Positions 36,750 through 48,700 of a DNA stretch of 64,000 bases are shown here, piece after piece. Location of the stretch: positions 1-64,000 of the IMG/VR virus record IMGVR_UViG_3300017784_005363. One strand, written 5' to 3'. The position numbers and the translations under genes were made by a program. The notes beneath the pieces were generated by a model, which was not told where the DNA came from, ran no database searches, and worked only from the letters and a program-made list of their open reading frames with translations. The DNA is from a virus. Its lineage: Duplodnaviria; Caudoviricetes. Within the stretch, counting starts at the first letter, position 1. Each line of letters opens with the position of its first letter.

Positions 36750-39700
36750 ATGGGAAAGAAAGTCTTTGAAGATGGAAATGGGTATGACCCAATGAAAAAC
36801 AAATATATTGTTTCAAACAATCCACTTAAACAAGCAAAATTTGTAAGAGAGCATAATGAAGCTGAACATAAAAGAGTATCTACAGGTATTGTTTTACAAA
36901 AGAAAAAAGAAAAAGAAGGTAAATTATCTACAGTTGATGAATTAATATTACAAGAAACAATTGGTCAAGAAATAGCTGAAGCTGAAGCTGAAAATCAATT
37001 AAGAAAAGTTATTGAAAAAGAAGCTAAAGAAGCTGAATATGCACCTGCTGATGAGGTAGAAAAAGAATTTAAATCTTCTGTGGAAGAAAGTCAATATAAT
37101 TCTTTTAAAGACATTCAAAAAAGATATGATGAATTATCAGCTAAAACTTATTCTGGTGTTCAACAAAAATTATTTAAAAAAGGTCAAGAACAAAACATGA
37201 AACCAGAAGTTGATGATAATTGGTTAGAGTCTGCTGGTAAAAATGTAAGTAATACACTTTTTAGTGCTTTAGATATTGTTGGCTCTCACATAGGAGCTGC
37301 TGGTAGTCAATTTTCTGATAAGAATAAATTCACAGAAAAAGAAGAACAAGAATATGAAGTTCTTAAAAAACAAATAGCTCAAGTTAGAAATCCTATTTTA
37401 ACTAAGCAAAAAACTGCATTAGAAGAAAAGAAAAAACAATTAGAAAGTAAATTAGGAACTGTTAAAGGTATAGGGCAATTATCACCATTTATGAATGATA
37501 AAAAAAGTACTCAAATGGCTATTGTAGCTTATGAAGATGCTATTGAATTATATCAAGATGCCATTGATAATGGTGGATTTATATCAGGACTTAATAATGA
37601 TTTAACAGGTTCTTTGACTTTAAATATTTCAAGTATAGAAGAAACAAGAAGAGCTAAAGAATTAACTGAAAAGAAATTAAATGGAGAAGAATTAAATGAA
37701 ATTGAAAATGATTTCATGGAGTCTTATGAAATATTAGGAAAAGCAAAACAATCAAGTTTAAATAAAAACATGTCTTATAAACTTGGAGAAGGTATAAAAG
37801 AAACTGGTAAATTTATTGGTGAAATAATTGTTACTAATAAAATTATTGGTAATGTTATTCCAAAGTTAAATGTTCAACCAGGGATGAATGCTGCAACTGT
37901 TGTTAAACAACCTATTGGTGCAGCTATAAGTCCATCAACTTTAATTAAAACTGATGAAAAATACATTCAAAAATACTATGAAAATGAATCTAATTTAAAG
38001 ACAATAAATAATAGTATCAAAGTATTAGATAGTAAAGTTAATAATTTATTATCTAAAGAATCTTTATCTAAAGATGAAGAAGTTGAATTAAGTAAATTAA
38101 AAATTAAAAAAGAATTATTTCAAGAACAAAAAGATGAGTTAGTTAGTTATAGTGATTCATTTGTTTATGGTATGTCTGAAAATTTAAAAGAAAGATACTC
38201 TGAAATTTTTGTAGGGGGTGCTGTAGATAAAGTAGGTAAATCATTTTTACCAGCTCTAGGTAGTGCTTTAAATAAAAGTAAAGTTGGTTCAGCTTTAGTT
38301 AAAACTTCTACTAAAGTAGATGATGTATTAACTAAAAAATTAAGAACAGGTAGAGAGCTTTTAGATAGAAAATTATTTGACAATACTCCTGGTAAATTAA
38401 GTAAAGCTTTAGTAAACCATACAGGTTCAGCTAAAGTTATGCACAGTTTACCTGCTGAGATGATTGAAGAAATTGCTGTACAATTAACTCCTACATATCA
38501 AGAAGATTACCAGGAACAATTTAAAGAATTAGGAAAAGCTGATTTCTATACTATGGTTGCAGCTCAAACTTTAATTCTTGGTGGATTTAATGGAACTGTT
38601 GGTGGAGCTAATCACTTTTATAATATGAAGACTGATTCAAATTATAGAGATGACTATAATGCAAATCAAAAAAATAAAAAACAATTAAAAGAAGTATATA
38701 ATAGAATTGATGAAGCTACTACTGATGAACAATTAGCACAAGATGTTGCTATGAGTACTATGGGTACTATCTTTCAAATCAATGATTATAATGGTAGAAT
38801 TGCTGAATTAAGAAATCCTAAAGTGGACCACAAAGATGGATTAACTGCTGAAGAAAGAATTAAAAAAGCTGACATGATGGAAAGAAATTCTTTCTATAAC
38901 CTTGGTGTGCAATCTATTGAAACAGGTACTAGTACTGAGTTTAAGAAATCTTTAAGTATGCTTTCAAGAAATGAAAAAGTATCTGAAGAAACAAGAGCTA
39001 ATGCTGCTTTAGGTTTAGCTAAATTAAGTCAATTAGAAGACATTAGTGAAAAGCATAAAAACAAAGTAAATTATTCTTCTGTTATGGATTTATCTATAAG
39101 AGAAAATTTAAACAATGAAACTATTAATGATTTAGATACTAAAATCCAAGCTGTTAAAAAAGTTGCAGATTTAGAAGTTCAAAAATTTAATAAACAAAAT
39201 GATTTAAATGAATACTTTAATCTTGATAAATTATTATTAAAAATTGAAAGTGAAGAAGAACAAGGTGAATATAATAACTACTTAGCTCAATTGAGAAAAG
39301 AAGATATTCCTGAAGTTAATCAATACTTAGATTTATTATTAAATAAAGAATTACTTGAAAAAGAAAATAATGAAGTTTCTAAAAAATTAAGATATGAAAC
39401 AAATCCTAATAATGCAGAAGCAATCAGAACTAGAGAGTATGACAAAGTAAAAAAACAATTAACTTCAAATGTTAATGTAAATAATGTAGATGATGTTAAA
39501 GCTGAATTGACAGAAAAAGAAATTGCAACTCCTGAAGTAGTTCAAGAGATAAACAATAAAGCAATTGAAGATTCAAATAAAGCTCCAGAAGTAAGTAAAG
39601 AAGCTACTGTAAGAGAATTTGATACTCAAATTACTTCTGAACAGATTAAAGAAGCTTTACCATTTGATGATTTATTTGGACCACAAGAAACTATTATAAA

Positions 39701-42700
39701 TAAAATTGCACCAGTTGAAGATACCCCAGAGCAAAAAGCAATCAGAAAAGATAAATTAAATAAATTTACTTTAGAAGCTGCTAGAAAAAAAGAACTTGAA
39801 GATAATGATGTAGTAGATATTATTAAATTAGGAGAAGAACTTCCTACTGAAGAAGAAGCTGCAAGAAGAGCTAAATTACAAAAAACTATTAATGATAAAT
39901 ATGATGCATTAATAAAAGCAAAAGAAGAAGAAACTACTGGTAGTCAAGCTGCTAAAGAAGCACATGTATTTAATCAAGGTTCATTATTCTCTCCAATAGA
40001 GTATGATGCAAATAATGATGAGCATGTAGAAAAAGTTAAAAAGTTTGAGAAAGGATTTGCTCAACTTATTTCTAATAATCCTGGTTTGACTTTCCAAGGT
40101 CTTATGGGTAATGTAATTAGAGATGCTGGTGAATTGAGAGTTAGTAATAACTTTGAAATCATGGCTAAAGCATGGAATAATGTTAGTGCAGAAAAAATAT
40201 CTCCTACTGAAAAAGATTCTTTTTATGAAAGAAACTTTGGAAGTAAGGATGCAGCTTCTGTATTATTTGGTACTGAAGTTCAAACTCAAGTGTCTAAACC
40301 AGTTACAGAATCAGTTGCTGTTGAACAATCAGTGACTCCAGAAGTTACTGCTTTATCATTAGTGACAGGACAACCTGTGAAATTATATAAAGGAAGAAAG
40401 TTTGCAGAAGTTGGCTTAAAAGCTGGTTTCTTAGGATTGAATTATGTTGAGAATGATACTGAAAAAGTAACTGTTGATACTTCAGTAAATGCTAATGCTT
40501 TACCATTTATTGACTACAGAAACTTTCAAGTAGGAGATGAAGTTGAATTAACTTTTAATTATGAATATTTATTAAATCCTGAAAATAAAGTTTCTAAATG
40601 GGAAAATGTAAATGATGTTCCAACTAAAACTTCTATTACTGTTGGACAGTTATTAGAAGATTTATTTCCTGGAAAATCATATGCAGAATTAACTCAAATT
40701 TTAAGAACTAATCCAGAAACACTTTTAAGTAATGAAGAATTCTTAAAAGCAGTTCCTGTTGGAATTAAAAATAATGGATTGTCTGACAATGGACAAGATA
40801 TTATTACAGGTGGATTAAATGATTATTACTGGTTCAATGTATCTAATGTTGCATTAAAAGAAAATGCAGAAGGTGAGAAATTAATTGGAGAACAAAGAGA
40901 AAGAATTGAAAATAATAGAAAGCTTAACTTAGAAACTAGAAAACAAATATTACAAAATGGTAGTGTTACTACAAAAGTAACTAGTAGAAGTCAAGGTGAA
41001 AGTAATAAATTATTGATGCTTACTAATGAAGAAAAAGCACAAGGCTTTTCTGAACAATTCCAGTCAATCTCTGATGCTTTTAAAGATGGAACAATGGAAG
41101 AAGCTCAAAAGCATTCAGCTCTTGGTGTAATTAAAGGAAAACAGATTGTATCAAAAGGAAAACCAGGAGAAGAAAAATTAATATCAGTGAATGGTAAAGA
41201 AGTTAATACTGACCAAATCACTAACTGGGAATCTTTTACTGATGAAATTGCTGTAAGAGAAGGTAGTAAACAAAATGTGACTGGTAAAATAGTTATGGTT
41301 GTTCAAAGTGGTATTGATGAATTAGGAAATCCTACTTATGTTTTACACAATGTAATTAACAATCATAAAAATAAACAAGAACAATTTAAAGTAATAAATG
41401 AAATAAAATATAAATTAATTAACTACTCAGATATATTATCTGGTAAAAAAGTTGGTACACCTACTGAAGTAGAGAAAGCTAACAAAATTAAAACTAATAT
41501 TAAAAATAACTTTGGTATTGACATTACATCAAAAGATGTATTGAATACAATTTTAGATTTTTATCCAGAACAAAATAAAGATAAGAATGGAAAAGTTACT
41601 CAAGAATTTAGACAAGATATGAATCCTAAATTAGCTGATTTAAAAAGGGCTAATAATATTCCTAACTTAACTATTTTTGAATCTGTTGCAGAATTTGAAT
41701 CAGCATTTTTAACTAATAATATAGGTACAACTACTTATAGTGATATATTATATAGTAATATGCATACTCAATATATCTATACAGGTATTGAAAATAAAGG
41801 TAAAAAGATTTGGACTAATGAAGTTCAACCAGTAATCATGTTTAGTAATGAACACTTAGATTCTAAAGTTGTTGAAAATATTACTGAACAAAAAGAAGAA
41901 CAAATAATTGCACAAGAAGTAGAAATTACAAATAAACAAATTGCATTTAAACAACAATTATTAGCTGAAGAAGAAGACACTGATGTAAAACAAGAATTAA
42001 CAAATGAAATTGAAGAATTAAAAGCTAAAGTAGAATCTATTCCAACAGTTAGACCAACAGTTAAAAAAGAATTTGATAATACAGATACTTTTCAAGTAGT
42101 TGAGCATATTGTATTTAAAGCATTATCTCAATTAGATGTAACTGGAAAAATTACTAAAGAACAAATCTATAAAGAAGTTAGTAATACTTTTGACAATTTA
42201 GTTAAAGAGTTGAAAGCAAAAGGATTAGAAGCTGAAGCTAACTTTGTATTAGAAAATAAAGCAGAAATTCTTGGTGAAGGTTATTATGATAATAGTATAA
42301 AAGAAGTTATTTATGCAGTATTTAATTTAACAGAAGATGGTGATGTTACAGATTTAACTGGTGAGAATATTAAATCTCATTCAAAAGAATCTTATGAAAA
42401 TAATATTGCTGATTCATTAAGTTTAAAGGTTAAGATATTACTTTCTGGTATTGTAGATACTAGATTAGATAATGTTAATAACTTTGCAGGTTTACAATCT
42501 ACTATGTCATTCAATGATGCATTGGATGCTTTACAACAAATTATGTCAGAGGTTAATAATAATACAATTGCTGATGTGAAGAAAGCTATTCAAGCTAAAA
42601 TTGAATTGAATGAAAAAGAATTTGAATTCTATAATCAATTATTAACTAGATTAAATGATATTGAAAAAATAGACAATTCAATTATCAATGAAATATTATA

Positions 42701-45700
42701 CAGTCTGTACCAACCTAAAGTTAGTATGGCATTTGTATTGTATCATAAAAACAGTGATGGAAGTTATAGTATGGAAACTTATGATGCCAATACTAAAAAT
42801 CCTTTATTTGTTAAAAGAGCTAAATGGCAAGAAAATTTTAAAAACTCTTCTATTGTAACAAAATTTGAAGAAGGTTTTTACAAAATCAATGAAGAAGAAT
42901 ATAATAAATTAAATGAATTATACAATGATATAATTGCAAATGAAAATATTTCAGATGTTAAAGCATATCTTGAAGCTGTTGGTGTTAAATTAAATAGTAA
43001 AATTTATGAAATATTAGAAGATAAAAATCATTCATCTAATAGTAGTTTAAATACTTTAGTTCTTTCTACTACAGGTATTATTAAAAACATAAATGATAAT
43101 CTTAAAACTGCTTTTGAAAGTAAAAAAGTATTAGCATTTAGTAATAATGTAATTACTGATAGAAAATTACAACAACAATTCAATGTATTAACATTTAATA
43201 ATTCAAGATTAAATGATTTAATTCATGCTGACAATAATGTATCATTCATTTCTATGAACATGATGTATATTGGTGGTAAGATGATTAATGTATATGAGCA
43301 ACCTAAAAGAATTAGTAACATCCTTAAAAAATTAAAGAATGATACTAACTTTAGAAATCAATTAAAAAGCTCTCAAATCTCATCTGATAACTTCTTATTG
43401 AACTTATTGGAAGATGATGAAAAATTAAATGAGTATATTGATGTTGTAATGGTATCTTTAGAATCTTTAAAAGAAAGAGGTTCTGCTTCAAGTGATAAAA
43501 TGTCTGTAACAAACTTATCTAACAAAGATGCTTTTGTAACATTGTTTAATTTATTTGCTAGTAGTGAAGGTGCTTATGCAAATGAGGAAATGAAAGAAAA
43601 AGGAATTAAGTTGAGAAAAGGTATGGTTAATTTCCCTACACTTTCAGATTCATCTCAATTACCTTTATTCAAAACTATTTTAGTTGATGTACAGAAAGAA
43701 AATGTATTAGGTAATACTTTATCTGAAGATATGTCTGATGTATTAATCAATCAATTATTAAAAGGTGATTTAAAAAGAATTGGTGCTTTCATTTCTTCTG
43801 GTGTTTCAACAAACATTAAAGGTCATGATGCAGGTGCATTATTTATAACAAGTATGTCTTCTTTAAATTCATTAGCTGTTGATTTCGTTTATGAAAGTAA
43901 TGGTAAAGAAGTTAAAACTAAAAGAACTTTAGTTGAAGTATTTAGAAATAATCCTGAGTATCATACTGAAGAAGGTGTACAAAGATTTATTGATGATTAC
44001 AAATCAGATATAGTTGAAGAAATTAATAGAAATGTTAACTATGAAGTAAATCAATATATTAGTGAAGATGGTTTAACTGGCTTATTTAAAGACAATGAAA
44101 TATTTGCTGGAGATAAATTATTGTTTATTGATAAAAAATATCTTGATGGAAAAGGTGAAATGACTCCTTTAGAACAAGCTAGATTAGTTGCTTATGATTA
44201 TGTTATTAACAATTTAATTCAACAAAAAGAAATTCAAACAACTTTTGCTGGAGATATTGCTAATTACTTTAAAGATAATATGGCAAAAGATTTAATTAAT
44301 GGACACTCAGTTACTAATACTCAAGATATTATAAATTTCTATTATCCTGGTATGGACCAACAAATTAAGGATTTAGTAGCAGATAAAAACTATCAATTGT
44401 TATTTGAAAGATTTCCTAAATTAAAATTTAGTAATGAATACATTTCATCTGACATTTCACATGAAGAGCAGTATCAAGAATTTATTCCTGTGATTCAAAT
44501 GAAAACTAAAAAGATGTTTGAAGATGTGCAAAATAACTTATCTAAAAGATTGAAAGCTTTAATCTCTCCAGGAAATCAATTTCCAAATAGTAGAGGTAAT
44601 AAGGTTTACAAACAAATTATGACACAAGATGTTGAAAATTCATCTGAAGTGTTAGAAAATTTAGTTGAGTTATATCACCCAGAATTATACAGTGAAGTAG
44701 TAAATGATTTAAGAGAATTTAAAGTCTTAGATAACATTTATGAAAATAATAGAACAGAACAAGAAGGTAAAAGACATAAAGCTTTGTATAATGACTTGAC
44801 AGGTAAGTTACCTATGATTAGTGGTTTCTTTAAGACTGCATCTACAGATGCTCAGGAATATACTTCATGGACTGACAACCTTAATCAATTATTAGAACAA
44901 GGTAGAATAACAACTAATGAATATAATAACTTAAAAGACAAATTAACTAAACAAGAAAAAGATTTAGATACAACTGGTACTATCAAAGAAGAAAATAAAT
45001 TAACTAAAGAGGAAAGAAAACTTGCAATGATGCAACCTACAAAACCTTTATACTCTGGATTACATTTTGAAAATCATAATGGTTATCAATTACAAAGAGA
45101 TATTTATGTTAAGTCTTCTTCATTTGCTATCACACCAGAATTAGCATCAATGTTTCCTAAGTTTAACAGTTTAAGAAAAGTAATTAATGCTTTAGAAAAT
45201 GGTTCAGAGAATACAGTAGTTAGAATTTCTTATGACTCAGCTAATAAAGTTGGAGCTGTTAAGAATGCAATACCTATGTCTGAATTGTACAGAGAAGATT
45301 TTGATTTAAATAGAATCAATTCTTCTATAGTAGAGTTAGACAGAGAAAACTTTTATATTCAACAAGATAAACCTTTCAAGTCAGATAAAAATGCTGAAAA
45401 AGGATTAGTTGATACTGTAACAAGAGCTACTCAGTTTGAAAAAATATTATTAGGTGATGGAATTAATCAAATTAAAAACCATGTATTCCCTAATATGTTT
45501 GATGCTGAATTAATTTCTGAGTTAAGTATTGAAGTGGTTGATGGTAAAGTTAATGGACCAGCTTTAAAATTATTATATAATGAAATTTATAAAAAAGAAC
45601 AAAAGTTATTCAAAGAAAACTTATTTAGAAAATTAGGAATTACTGACTATTCAGATTTAATGAATGGTAATGTAGCTTCAATGGAAAAATTAGCTGAATT

Positions 45701-48700
45701 GTTATCTAAAAGATTAACTAATAAACAAGATAAAAAAGGTTTAGAATTAACTTATCATGTAAAAGGTTATAATCAAACTTTCTCTAAAAAAGAAATCATT
45801 GATAAAAACTTAATACCTGAAAAAGCTGAATTTAAAATTCCTATTTTCATGACACCTAACTCAAGAAAATTTGAGTCTGTGTTGAATAGTGTTGTTAATA
45901 AGAACAGCATCAATTTATCACTTCCTGGTTTCTCATCTCCTGTTGCATCTCAAGAGGGATTTGATTTCAAAGGATATGAAGGGGCTAGTTCATTAGAAGA
46001 TTTAAAAGCTAAAGGTTTAGTTACAACTAAAAACTTTGATGCTAAAAAAGGACTACAGGCAACTAGAAATGAAGATGGAAGTTTAAAATATGCTCAAGTA
46101 TTTATTGCTAATAAATATAAAGTGTTTGATGAAACCACTGGACAATACAATTATATTGACTTGAAAGAGTTTATTGATGAAAATGGTCAGATAGATTCAA
46201 CTAAATTACCAGAAGAATTATTAAGTATGTTCTCATTTAGAATCCCAACTTCATCTCACCAATCAGGTGTAATGATTGAAGTAGCAGGTTTCTTACCACA
46301 TACTGTTGGAGATTTAATGATTGTACCAAAAGACCATACTGTCCAACTTGGAGAGGATTATGATATTGATACAAGATATGTTTACAATTATAATTATAAG
46401 CAAGATGCTAATGGTAACTTAAAGAAATTGGAATATGCTGATTTAAATACACTTGGAGAAGATTTAGAAAGTGTTAAGCAAGAATATGAAGCATATAAAA
46501 AAGAATTATTTGATGAGTACTTTAAAACAAATGTTAATACAAATAAACCATTAGGTAAAAATACATTTGTAAATAATACTTATTGGAATTCAAATAGAGA
46601 AACTTTATTAGAAATTGCAATACTAGAAGATTCATTAGAAAATTATAATGAAGATAAAGTATTACATGCAATATTCCAGGACCAATATGACTTTGCTCCA
46701 GTTGCATCTAAAGAAGAAATGAAAGATAAAATTGATGAGCTTAAAGCAAAATTACTTCCTAGTGATTTAGTTAAGTCTAAAGCTACTGAAATGAAAAAAG
46801 AATATAATAGTATTTTAAAAGATTTGAAAGATGCTTATAAAAATGAAGCTAAACAATTAAGAAAGTCACACTACAAATATGCAAACTCTGTTAGAGGTAA
46901 AAAAGATGTAGAAAAAGTGTTACAAAACAATTTAGTTTCATTATATAAAGCTGTTTTTTCAGCTGAAGATAAAGAAGTTCAATCATTGATTAACAAAACT
47001 TTATCAACTGATTTTGCTGAAAATACAGCTAAAGAAATGGATAAAAAATTAAATACTAATACAAATAATATTTACAACATTTATTCACCTTTAACTCAAA
47101 GTAAAATTATGGCATTGGGTGCTGATGGTAAAATGGGTATTGGAGTTCACTCTAATGCAGTAACTATGAACTCATTATTACAACAAACTAATGCTGATAT
47201 TAAATTTGTTAAGAACTATAATCAAGATACTGGAGCACCAGAATTCTATAAAATGTTATTTGGAGATTTAGTGTTTGATGGTACTTTAGGTAAAGTGACT
47301 AATAGAAACTTTAGAATTTCAGAAAGTGGAATGGAGTCTCAAAACTCTGCTACAGATAATCAAAAATTACAGATTATGGGTAGAAGAAATGAGAATGCTG
47401 AAACTATTAATGTGTTCACAATCTTACAGGCAACTGGATTAGATAATGATGGATTAAAGATTAAAGGACAGGAGATGTCTTATGCTTCTTTATTTATTAA
47501 TCAACCTATATTAAGAGAGTACACTACTTTAGTTAAAAAGTATAAATCATCTACTAATGATAAAAAAGGGAATCCTGAAAAGTTAGCTATAAAAGAATTA
47601 ACTCAAAAGTATAATGCAAAAGTTAATAAAGATAATTGGATATTAGATGATAAAAAGAAACCTGTTGTAGGTATCTTTAAACCAGAAGTATTACAAAGAT
47701 TAGGTAGTAACCTGACATCAGAGAAATTATATAATGATTTAATTATGACAGAAGCAGACATTTTGTCACAACTATATGTATTAAAAAGATTTAATGAATT
47801 AAAAGAACCTGCAAAAGAATACAATAGATTACAAAAATTTGTGAATATTGAAAATGGTGGTTTAGGTATTTCATATTTTGACACAATTGAATTGATGGAA
47901 GAAATGATAGATATTGCTTCTGGTGATATTGCTATTACAAATTCTGCTAATATGATTGGAGATTTAATTTATGTAGAATCTGAAGAAGTTAGAAAAGATA
48001 AAGAAGCTAAAGGATATATATTTGTTAAAGTTTCTGATGCAGGAAGTTTAGTGATGATTAAACCATCAAACCATTATTCTCATAAAATTGTCAATTCAAT
48101 TGCTGATGGATATAATTTATGGTCATCTATGTTTCCTTATGAATCAAGATTTATTAATGAGCAAATTGGAGAAATTACTGCTATTAGTAGTGTAATTAAT
48201 GATAATGAAAAGAAAGAATTAAAATATAAAGTTATTTCAGAACTTAAAGATTATATTTACTCAAACAGTCCTACTTTGTTCAATAACAATGTATTAGGAA
48301 AAAGTAATGAATTGTTCTTTGATAATAATGAAACTGGAAATACTTCATTGGCAAGTTACTTGTTAGAATTATCTAACAATCCACAATTCAATTATTTATT
48401 TAATCTACCATTTTTTAAAGATTTACAATTTGATATAAATGAAGGAACTTATCCATCAACTGTTAAGTATAATAATAATGATATTTCTAAATTAAGTAAT
48501 ATCAACACTTATAATACACTAAACAAATTAGTTAATTCTAATAAAAAGTTATTGGATAAAAATGGAGTAGCTTATACTGAAGCAGATTTAATGAAAGATT
48601 TATTGATGTATTCATTATTAAGTAATCAAGAGAATGGAGCAATTGGATTTAGACACTTATTACCTATTGAATTATTTGATAAGTATAAAGTAACTGAAAA